A stretch of 64,000 bases of DNA. Source: Octopus vulgaris (Eukaryota). The translations under genes and the position numbers were made by a program. The stretch spans positions 3,286,001-3,350,000 of the forward strand of contig OX597824.1 in NCBI GenBank assembly GCA_951406725.2, in the 5' to 3' direction. The notes below the pieces were generated by a model, which saw only the letters and a list, made by a program, of their open reading frames with translations, did not search any database and had not been told where the DNA came from. Shown in pieces: positions 27,465 through 38,373 of this stretch; the stretch's first letter is position 1, and each line of letters begins with the position of its first letter.

Positions 27465-27600
27465 TCAAAATAAGCAACAAGTATATCCAAGGTTGTGTAG
27501 TACAATTGTTTTATGCTACTTCATTTTATTAAACACTGTAAGTATTACATCAGTTTTAAAATGTCGAGCAATCTTCAGCCACTTATAGAATTTTGCTGAA
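27465..27600 (-). repeat. Decayed copy of the hammerhead-bearing repeat seen at 54681-55017
   Basis: tgtaagtattacatcagttttaaaatgt..agcaatcttcagcca shared; on the - strand CTGAAGA...AAAAC-aatt-GTA (G12 lost). Confidence 0.75.
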
Positions 27601-28749
27601 CTTATATATATATATAAACACACTATACACACACACACTTATCTTAACGTTCTTTCTACATTGACAGCTTTTACTGTATATTATGCCTTCTTGTTATATA
27701 CATATCAATAATACATATTATAAAGCTATTTTCTTCAAATGAATAGCCTTTTATCTATGTTAATAGGATTTTCTCTCTATTAACAGCATCGTCTATTTAT
27801 TAGAAGTGCTGTAGGGACATCAACACTTTTCTGTATATATTAAGTCTTCTCTCTATGCTGACAGCCTTCTCTATATCATGGTTTCAAATTTTGACACAAC
27901 GCCGGCAATTTGGGTGGGGGAGGGAGTAAGTCGGTTACATCAACCCCAGTACACAACTGGTACTTATTCTATAGATCCTGAAAGGATGAAAGGATAAGTC
28001 AACCTTGGCAAAATTTGGAGCATTTTTATCTGGCATGCTAACGATTCCACCAGTGCACTGCCTTCTCTTTACATTAACAGCCTGTTCTACATTAACAATC
28101 TATTCCAAATTAATGGTTGTATGTCTGCCTATTAACAGTCTTTTCTATGTATCACCACACACCTCTTTATGTTGATTGTCTTTGCTATGTAGCAGCATTC
28201 TTCCCTCTCTATTAGAAGTCTATTCTGTTAGTGACGCTCTTCTCTAAATATTGACACACAAAAGACTTTTAGTAAAGAGAGATAAATGCTAATATATATT
28301 TTAAAAAATCTGTTTATATATAGCAAGCACTATTAAAATAGAAAGGAGGCTGCTACTAAAACAAGATTCTTAATATAAATATATTTCTAAACTTTTTTCT
28401 GAAATTAATTATTTCTCTGTATATTGATAACCTTCTTTCTCTGTTGATAGTCTTCTCTTCATATTAACATTATTTTAATAATGTTTCAATTAGTTTTTCC
28501 CTTTAATTACACAGAGCCATCAGTATCTAGAAGTAAAAACTTTGAGAACCATTATATAAATACAGTAAGATAGTCTTGTATTTCCTGATATGTTTTGTTG
28601 ATGGAGTGGAATCCATATTACCCACTTCTGCTATAATTACTACAAAAATCTTTAGAATTATTGAAAAGAAAATTTTTTGAAAAAAAAATAACTGTCAATA
28701 AACTTCTTTGTAATGCGTGTGGACTTGTAGAATGTGCCACATTGCACCT

Positions 28750-29208
28750 CCAGCTATGGCCATCCTGTCTTGTTATTGCTTAACCTCAGGTAAACCAAGA
28801 CCAAATAGACATACCTATGGTCAAAACTATTCCAACTCTGACCTCCTGTCTTGATGTTACTGTTGTTAATTAACATTCGTTAAGCCTTAATCAAGCAAAC
28901 TGATAATTAAAGTGATCACAAGCATAAACAGCTTGTCCTTTTCTATACAAGGGACAACAATGTTCAACAGTTAGTTTAAAACATTAAGGTGTGATATGAG
29001 GGAGACTTCACTGCTGTTTTTAGCATGTCATAAAAATGGCTTCTGACTGGAATATTTCAAATAAAAAAAAACAAAAACGTGCATGTAGCTTTTTTGTTAA
29101 ATATTGTATCATGATGTGCAGAATTGTCTGGAAATAAAGCAGAATATTAAATATTCTTAGGAACTGGAACAGATGACAATTTTTATTTTTAATTCTGAAC
29201 ATAAAACA
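28750..29208. repeat. Local direct duplication, copy 1 (copy 2 at 31342-31797)
   Basis: About 460 bp nearly identical, from ccag.tatggccatcctgt to ctgaacataaaacat. Confidence 0.9.
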
Positions 29209-31341
29209 TTGCACCTCAAGCTACAAAATTGTACAATAGACATACAGACAGATGGACAGACACACAGACAGACAAAGAGACAGGCAGGCAGACAGACAGA
29301 ATTTGGTATGCTGAGCCTTTGTGACACTCATGACCAGCAGATTGACTTTTTACAATATTAAAGAGATATTTCAAAGTAGATCTATTAAACACATGGACAT
29401 CAACAAGAGCAACAACAATATGATGTTTTGACCTGCTTGAAATAGCAGCCAGATATCTCCTTCAAATTACAACCACTGTCTTTGATAATGCAGTCGTAGA
29501 TATTCTGAAGAGAACATTTGAAAAGATTTATGATCCAAGGCTGGAATTCTTTTGATCAAACAAAGGCCTGCTTAATGAAGACTGGCCGAGGGCTAAACAA
29601 TAACAGCTATTACAGGAATCAACAAGGAAGCTTCAATATTGTCCAAATCTCCAAATCACCAAATTCCATCCAGTCTTTAAAACTGGAATCAGACACAAAG
29701 AACAGAACCAGTTACGACAAGAAACATTTGTTTGGTTCGTAACCTTTGTAACATTGGTTTATCCACCAACAACAACAACAAGAGCCACCAGCAAGAATAC
29801 CTGCTACAAAAACCGGCACCATAGAATCTAATAAAGAATATAAAAGGAATTAACAGAATACATCTTGTTATTTATTTTCATTCTTCAAATGAAAATATGG
29901 TATTCCATCTTTTAAAGAAATACGCAAGAATTTCATGTTGTTGGAAACTCATGCATGGTGTCTTGTATTCTTTGGATTCTAGAGAAGAGAAATGGACCTA
30001 GAATAATAAGGACATGTCCTTGATGAGGTTGTGAAAGCTGATTGATTGATTGTCTGAATGATTAATTAAGCACTCAGTTAATTGGTTCACTGGTTAACTA
30101 GTTGACTAATAATAATCCTTCTTAATTTTGACACAAGGCCCACAATTTTGTGGGGCGGAGATTCAGTGAACACCATCTACCCCAGTACTTGATTGATACT
30201 TTGATTTATCCACCCCAAAGTGTTGAAAGGCAAAACTGACTTTGGCAGGCAGGATGTGAACTCAAAATAAAAAGCATCAGAAGAAATGCCACAAGGTAAT
30301 TTTTTCTGATGCTCTAATGATTCTACTGGCTCACCAACTGAAGGGGATACAATTAAAGAAGTAAAATAGAACCAGTGCATGTGTCTCTTATTGGCATTAT
30401 GACCCTCCCAACTGACAATAAAAACCAGCACAGAATAACAAGAATCATGCAAACTAAATACGAAATCAAAAAGAAAAAAGAAGTTTTACTTTCCGTATTT
30501 AAAGAAAATTTTGGAACATATTCTGAAATTTATTGCCAGGAATGTTATATGTATGAATCCAAAGGCACAGTCTTCAGAGATGCAATTAATTGTTAATAAT
30601 TAACAATCACAAAAGAGATTAGCAACATTTTTTTTCTAAACTAAAATTTGTATTTCTGGAAGACAACTGACAGCAATCAAATTTTAGATTTGTATATAAT
30701 TATTGGTCTAAATTACCGTTAATTATTGTAAATAACTTTTTTTTGAAAACATAATTAAGATGAGAAACCATCGTAGTTAATGGGATTTCTGTTTTTAATT
30801 TGGAAGTTCATATTTTAATCAGTCTTCACTGTCGGTCTGTCTGTCTGTTTGTCTGTGTTGGTCCATTTATCAGTCAGACTCATTTATTTCTCTTTTTTCT
30901 TTGAATCAGTTGTCAATTAGTGGATGCTAGTTCATCATCATCACCATCATCATCATCCGATTCATTTTAATGTCCACTTTTTAAAGATGTTCCAGCCGTG
31001 ACCATCCCCTCTCTCTGTTGTTTATTCCTGGGTCAACACTGTTCTTGCAGACAGACCTAAATTCAAAGATGTTCCAAATTTGCCAATCCTGTCTTGTTTT
31101 GCTGTTATTGTTGTTGTTGTTCTTTAATTCTGGGTCATCCATGAGAAAGCAAACAGACCTATGATCAATGGTGCTCCAGCCATGGCCATCCTGCCATACT
31201 ATTGTTGTTTAGCCAAGGGGCTAATACAGTTGGAACAGTCAAACCTATGAACAAACATGTTCCATTCATGACCGTAATCTCTTGATCTTTAACCTTGGGG
31301 TCAACATTGTTTGAACAGATAAACCCATGATCAAAGGCATT

Positions 31342-31797
31342 CCAGTTATGGCCATCCTGTTTTGTTATTGCTTGACCTCAGGTAAACCAGGGCCAAATAG
31401 ACATACCTATGGTCAAAACTATTCCAACTCTGACCTCCTGTCTTGATGTTACTGTTGTTAATTAACATTCGTTAAGCCTTAATCAAGCAAACTGATAATT
31501 AAAGTGATCACAAGCGTAAACAGCTTGTCCTTTTGTATACAAGGGACAACAATGTTCAACAGTTGGTTTAAAACATTAAGGTGTGATATGAGGGAGACTT
31601 CACTGCTGTTTTTTAGCATGCCATAAAAATGGCTTCTGACTGGAATATTAAAAAAAAAACAAAAACGTGCATGTAGCTTTTTCATTAAATATTGTATCAT
31701 GATGTGCAAAATTGTCTGGAAATAAAGCAGAATATTAAATATTCTTAGGAACTGGAACAGATGACAATTTTTATTTTTAATTCTGAACATAAAACAT
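31342..31797. repeat. Local direct duplication, copy 2
   Basis: See 28750-29208. Confidence 0.9.
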
Positions 31798-32669
31798 CAA
31801 TACTGAAAGATTTATTGATTTAAATGTTTAATTTAGGAATTCATTAATTAAAATATTCTTCTCTCTTGTTATAAATATTTCCATAACAATGTCATTAAAA
31901 TAACAATTGAGGATAAAAATGTTTTTTAGCAGATTTTGTTTGTTTTGTTTTTTCATTTTGTTTTTTCTTATGAAGTAAAAATTTTGATATGACGAACATT
32001 TGCTTTATAATCAATAACCAGAATGTATTAATGTTTTTAAAAAATAAGAAACTATACACCCTTGTTAGACCAGAACATGACTGAGTTTTCAGACAAAACT
32101 ATCAGTATTGTTTCTATGGCAATAAGATTTGATAATACTCATTAAAAATTTTATTGTAAATATCTTGTTCTTTCAAATGTATTTATCAATTGGTAAAAAA
32201 ATTTGATAATTAGGATTCTAAATACCAAAATACCATTCTGAATGACTACTATATTCTTTGACATGTGTTGTTAGTGGAGTTATTAAAAGAACTAAGAACT
32301 ATGGTAAAAATTGGTAATAAAATTGATAATTGGAATTTAAAACTCCAAACTACCATTCCTGATTACAGTTATATTCCTGGCTGTTAGGTTAGTGAAAGAA
32401 TTGTGTTATTTAGTAGTACAGAAACATTACTATTGAATTAATAAAAGAATTAGAAACCAGTGTAGAATTGGTAAAATAATTGATTATTAGAATTTAAACT
32501 TCCAGAGAACCATTCTGAATAATTGTTATATTCTTTGCTATTAAGTTAGTAAAAAGAGGGTAGAACTGATAAAATAAATTCATGATCAGAATTCATAATT
32601 TTGAGTTACTGCCATATTCTTTTAACTCTGGCTATTAAATTTATAAAAGTTCTTGAAAGCAATGTAAGT

Positions 32670-32788
32670 GACACTGGGCACAGGTGCCAGGGGAGGCTGG
32701 CAACGCCACGATCTGTTGGTACATAAAAAGCACCAACCGATCGTGGCCGTTGCCAGCCTCCCCTGGCAACAAAATCTAAGCAGGTATT

Positions 32789-32825
<37 letters not shown>

Positions 32826-33075
32826 TCATCATCATCATCATCATCGTTTAACGTCCATTTTCTATGCTGGCATGGGTTGGCCAGTTCGACCGGGGTCTGG
32901 GAAACCAGGAGGCTGCACCAGGCTCCAGTCTGATCTGACAGTGTTTCTACTGCTGGATGCCCTTCATAATGCCAACCACCCCATGAGTGTTGTGGGTGCT
33001 TTTTATGTGCCACCGGCACAGGTGCCAGGGAAGGCTGGCAACGGCCACGAACGGTTGATGTATTTTACATGCCAC
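32670..33075 (-). mobile_element. RTE 3' UTR fragments (family C)
   Basis: Family C modules and (cat)n tail at 32822-32845. Confidence 0.7.
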
Positions 33076-33086
33076 CAGCACTACAT

Positions 33087-33868
33087 ATCATCATCATCAT
33101 CATCATCGTTTAGCGTCCGTTTTCCATGCTAGCATGGGTTGGACGGTTCTACTGGGGTATGTGAAGCCAGAAGGCTTCATCAGGCCCAGTCAAATCTGGC
33201 AGTGTTTCTACGGCTGGATGCCCTTCCTAACGCCAACCACTCCGTGAGTGTAGTGGGTGCTTTTTACGTGCCACCCGCACAGGTGCCAGACAGAGCTGGC
33301 AAACGGCCACGAACGGATGGTGCTTTTTACGTGCCACCGGCACAAGGCCAGTCGGGGCAGCGCTGGCAACGGTCGTGAAACGGAAGGTTTTCTTACATGC
33401 CACCGGCACTGGTAACACATCTGCAATTTCCATTGATCGATTTCGATTCTGATCTTCACTTGCCTCAACAGGTCTTCACAAGTAGAGTTTTGTGTCCCAA
33501 GAAGGGAAGGTATGCATATGTAGGCTGGCTCCATCCCATGTAGAAGGCCACGGGTTATGGACTCACTTGTCCTGCCGGGTCTTCTCGCGTACAGCACACT
33601 TCCAGAGGTCTCGGTCTCTAGTCATTTCCTCAGTGAGACCTAAAGTTCAAAGGTCGTGCTTCACCACCTCGTCCCAGGTTTTCCTGGGTCTGCCTCCTCC
33701 GCAGGTTCCCTCAACTGCTAGGGTGTAGCACTTTTTCACACAACTATCTTCATCCATTCTCGCCACATGACCATACCAGCGCAAACGTCTCTCTTGCACA
33801 CCACAACTGATGCTTCTTAGGTCCAGCTTTTCTCTCAAGGTACTTACACTCTGCCGAGTATGAGTACT

Positions 33869-33870
<2 letters not shown>
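33087..33870 (-). mobile_element. RTE LINE 3' fragment (ORF C-terminus + 3' UTR)
   Basis: VQERRLRWYGHVARMDEDSCVKKC...GRPRKTWDEVVKHDL followed by the family C UTR and (atg)n tail. Confidence 0.88.
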
Positions 33871-33905
<35 letters not shown>

Positions 33906-34203
33906 CCTGGAAAGCGGACGTAAAAAGATGATGATGATATATATATATACATATATATATATATGTTTAAGTAGTTGAATGAATTATCCTCGTATGGATA
34001 ATTCGGTTAACCGATACCCGGGTAGCAAATTTACTTCAGAAAGCACGGTTGAAGCTACATGCCAAGGGCAGAAATCAAGTGCTTTCGTGTGGAAATTTGT
34101 GTGTTTTTTTACTATAGATAAATGAAAGAATGGAGTCGAACGACTATGGACTCCGTGTGGGCAGTCATCTAAAAGTTTTTGTTCGTCATGATGCTGACAT
34201 AAG

Positions 34204-34302
34204 TTCCTTGTCTTTCCTGATGAGAAGACGGCATAATGCACCCTTTATTCCTTCGGAATTAAGAATATGCAGTCTTTGAAACATATGTCGAGAATAAAGG
34301 AA
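34204..34302 (+). ncRNA. Type I hammerhead ribozyme motif
   Basis: Stem I ttcctt..tttc / gaga..aaggaa; CTGATGA 34217-34223; stem II gaagac/gtcttt extended by gcata/tatgc; GAAAC 34278-34282; palindromic acatatgt stem III; GTC 34287-34289. Confidence 0.8.
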
Positions 34303-34358
34303 TTTTGTTAAATCGTCGTTTGACTCCATTCTTTGATTTATCTATAGTAAAAAAATAC

Positions 34359-34396
<38 letters not shown>

Positions 34397-35152
34397 ATAA
34401 ATATGTGTGTGTGTTTTAGTATCCTTGTGTGCTGATGCATGTGCATGTGTATGTCAGTGTATGAATGTGTGAGTATTTATGTGTGTAAATGATAATATCT
34501 TAACAAATGTTGTTATAAATAGATTTTATTCAGAAACGAATTGCATTTATTAAACACAAAACCCACTTTTCAAAGGAGTAAGGGATAAAAAGGATTTAAT
34601 CAATCTAGCCCAGTGTATTACAGGTATTTATATGTCAATGATAAAAACAAAATTAAGCCAGGATGGTAATTGACATCAAACAAACAGAAACTGTTGAATG
34701 TGATGAAAACACCAAAATACAATCATTGGAAATGACAAGACATCCCCTGATGTCTTGCATAGAAACAAGGAACAGGTGAGCAGTTGGCCCCTCCAATACT
34801 AGACGGTTCTTTATTTTATCAATCTCTGAAGAAGGAAAGGCTGAGTCAAAGTCAGCCGAAACTAAGAGACACAGGATACGACTTCTTTGAAAGTTACATA
34901 ATTAAAAAAAAAAACTGAGATGTTTTTCATTAAGAAACATCCATTCAAACTAACAGGATTTTGCTTGGTTTTAACGAAATTTATATCGTTGTGATGAAGA
35001 ATTTGTCTACTCTGCAAATTGATGCCATCCTTGACCAATAGCCAAAGGTTTTTTATTGCTTGGAACGAGATTGGATTTCTTTATTATATTTCGAATTCCT
35101 GAATCAGGATGAGGTCTATCTATATTTTGTTTCATTTATATATAAATGTATA

Positions 35153-35195
<43 letters not shown>

Positions 35196-35705
35196 GTGTG
35201 TGTGTGTGCAAGTATGTTTATAAAGTTGATGAAGATAACAACTAACACGACAAAGATGAGGTAGAAACTCAGCAGAGAGCTGTTATTAGTTTGACACTCA
35301 AGAAATTAGCAAAACATGGAAGGAAATACCTTGAACGTCTTGAGTATACACTCTTCTTCTGAAAGATGCAATGGAGACAAAGAGGAAAGAACAGTGAAGC
35401 AAAATTAGAGATATAGAAGCACACGTCTATCCAAATGGCATGTACATACACACATACTTACACACACACATACATACACACACGCATACTTACATACACA
35501 CATACACATACGTGCATACACATATACATATACACATGCAGACACACATGAAGTAGCATGAAACAATTGTACTACTCTACCTTGGATATCCTTGTTGCTT
35601 ATTTTGAGTATAATCACCCCATTTGATTTATATGGATAATACCATACAAAATTCTGGTGCCTTTAACTTAAGTACCAGATTCATCTGAATCTAAATTTTG
35701 CTGAA

Positions 35706-35706
<1 letters not shown>

Positions 35707-35766
<60 letters not shown>

Positions 35767-36503
35767 AGAGGTATTGGCATCCAGAAGACCCAAGATGGCA
35801 GGTAACATTATTTCCCTTTAGTTAACTCATATCATCTCTGATGAAGCGATATCCCTAATATCCCAGAAACAACTGTAAGACTATCTTTTTTTTAATAAAT
35901 GTCCCAGAAATTCCACACAGCCTTCGGTTTGTTGTCTCATTTTATTTAACATATACATACATATATACATATATATATAGGGAGAGTTTACGAAAAAAAC
36001 AAAGGATGAAGACAGGTGGTGTACAAAACAAACAGATGTAATAGTATAACACTCAGGAATAGAAAAAGTCTTTTATGTTTCGAGCCTATGCTCTTCTACA
36101 GAAAGGGACACAGAGGAAAAACAAGGAGAGAAAACAAAATGTACATATATATATATACTGTAGGGATTGGTAGTATACCATGTGAGAATGACACAAAATA
36201 TTTAACATAAAATATTTTCAATAAAATTATTGAAACTGCAAATGAAATAACAGAAAATTTTGAAAACTATTTTCTTTTCTTTTCTTTTTCTCTAAATTAG
36301 TCGTTAAAGATTATGGCTTCACTAGTCTTGCCGGGTCTTCTCACGCACAGCATACTTCCATAGGTCTCGGTCTCTAGTCATTTCCATGGTGAGACCTAAC
36401 GTCCGAAGGTCAAGCTTCACCACCTCGTCCCAGGTTTTCCTGGGTCTACCTCTTCCACGGGTTCCCTCAACTGCTAGGGATTGGCACTTTCTCACACACC
36501 TAT

Positions 36504-36561
<58 letters not shown>

Positions 36562-37109
36562 AAATGAGAGGTATTGGCATCCAAAAGACCCAAGATGGCA
36601 GGTAACATTATTTCCCTTTAGTTAACTCATATCATCTCTGATGAAGCGATATCCCTAATATCCCAGAAACAACTGTAAGACTATCTTTTTTTTTAATAAA
36701 TGTCCCAGAAATTCCACACAGCCTTCGGTTTGTTGTCTCATTTTATTTAACATATACATACATATATACATATATATATATAGGGAGAGTTTACGAAAAA
36801 AACAAAGGATGAAGACAGGTGGTGTACAAAACAAATAGATGTAATAGTATAACGCTCAGGAATAGAAAAAGTCTTTTATGTTTCGAGCCTATGCTCTTCT
36901 ACAGAAAGGGACACAGAGGAAAAACAAGGAGAGAAAACAAAATGTATATATATATATACTGTAGGGATTGGTAGTATACCATGTGAGAATGACACAAAAT
37001 ATTTAACATAAAATATTTTCAATAAAATTATTGAAACTGCAAATGAAATAATAGAAAATTTTGAAAACTATTTTCTTTTCTTTTCTTTTTCTCTAAATTA
37101 GTCGTTAAA
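35707..37109. repeat. Tandem duplication of about 600 bp (35707-36309 and 36505-37109) with an RTE fragment between the copies
   Basis: Near-identical copies at 800-bp period; 36322-36503 matches 33555-33750. Confidence 0.92.
35831..35885 (+). ncRNA. Hammerhead-like motif, imperfect (duplicated at 36631-36685)
   Basis: tct-CTGATGA (35838-35844), stem II gatat/atatc, GAAAC-aact-GTA (35866-35877), aga. Confidence 0.55.
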
Positions 37110-37198
37110 CATCAGATATCAGTTTCTTTTTACTAATCAGCATCCCTTGATCTTCAAACTTCAGTTCATACGAAATATTTTTGGTTCTTCTTCAGACT

Positions 37199-37298
37199 TT
37201 AGTAATTTTTAATTATTTTCTTTGGACAAGGATTCCTGACATCAAATCTTCTGGTCTTTTTCGATGTGATCTTCAGATTTTTCACACAAAACGTATAT
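37199..37298 (-). CDS. Lipase exon 9 (terminal coding exon)
   Basis: YTFCVKNLKITSKKTRRFDVRNPCPKKIIKNY*; FC...PC matches the family's C-terminal disulfide. Confidence 0.85.
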
Positions 37299-37668
37299 CT
37301 GTAAACATATTATTGGTTATAACAATCAGCAACAACATGAACAACAAACAGGAAAGCAACAACATTACAATACCAGTAATATATTTGACTGAACCAATAT
37401 GAGAAAACCACAACCCAGATTCTAACCCTAACCCAAACTCCCTCTCAACAAACAGCTGATATTCAGACTGAGAGCCATTCCCATCTATCTCAACAGCCTG
37501 GAATGGCTGGCGAAAATTATGGGTAATCATCATCATCATCGTTTAACGTCCACTTAAAAAAAATTGAAACCATAAATATGGCAGTGTTCCAGCATGACTG
37601 CAGCCCCACCTCTCTCTCTCTCTCTCCCTCTCAATCCTATCTACCTCTCTATCCTATCTACCTCCCTG

Positions 37669-37699
<31 letters not shown>

Positions 37700-38295
37700 C
37701 TCCCCACATTTCTCATAATTATGGCAGAAAATCTTTTACAGAGTTCCTTGTCTCCAGAAATGGAAACTAGTTATTCCCAGTGATTCGCTACGTCATATCA
37801 AGCCGTTGCCTCATGTTTTTATCGAAATAAAATAACAAAAACTCTTCTCTCCAATTCAGCAACAACAACAACAACAACAGCAACAACAACAATATCCTTC
37901 AAAGTTACTTTGGGCCGGCAAAGGAAGCCTCAACACTTTCTCATCAGCCACAAGTAACAAGAGTCCACCTCTCCTTCAAATCACATCATACGAAGTGAAA
38001 AAACAAAACTGACAGAATAAAAGATGAGATGGTCACATCTCGTGTCTGGTTTTGATCATGGGTTCTCTCAATCAGGCTTGACTCAGGGTTAAACAATAGC
38101 AATAAATGAAATATTGTTATCCTTATGATGACCATGTGATTAAAAACTTTGCTTGCTAACCACACAGTTTGGGGTTCAGTCCCACTGCAAAGCATCTTGG
38201 GTGAATGACTTCTGCAATATTCATAAGCTGACCAAAGACTTGTAAGAAGATTTGGTTGACATGAATTTAAAGAGTTTACCAGATGTGTGCGTGTG

Positions 38296-38373
<78 letters not shown>

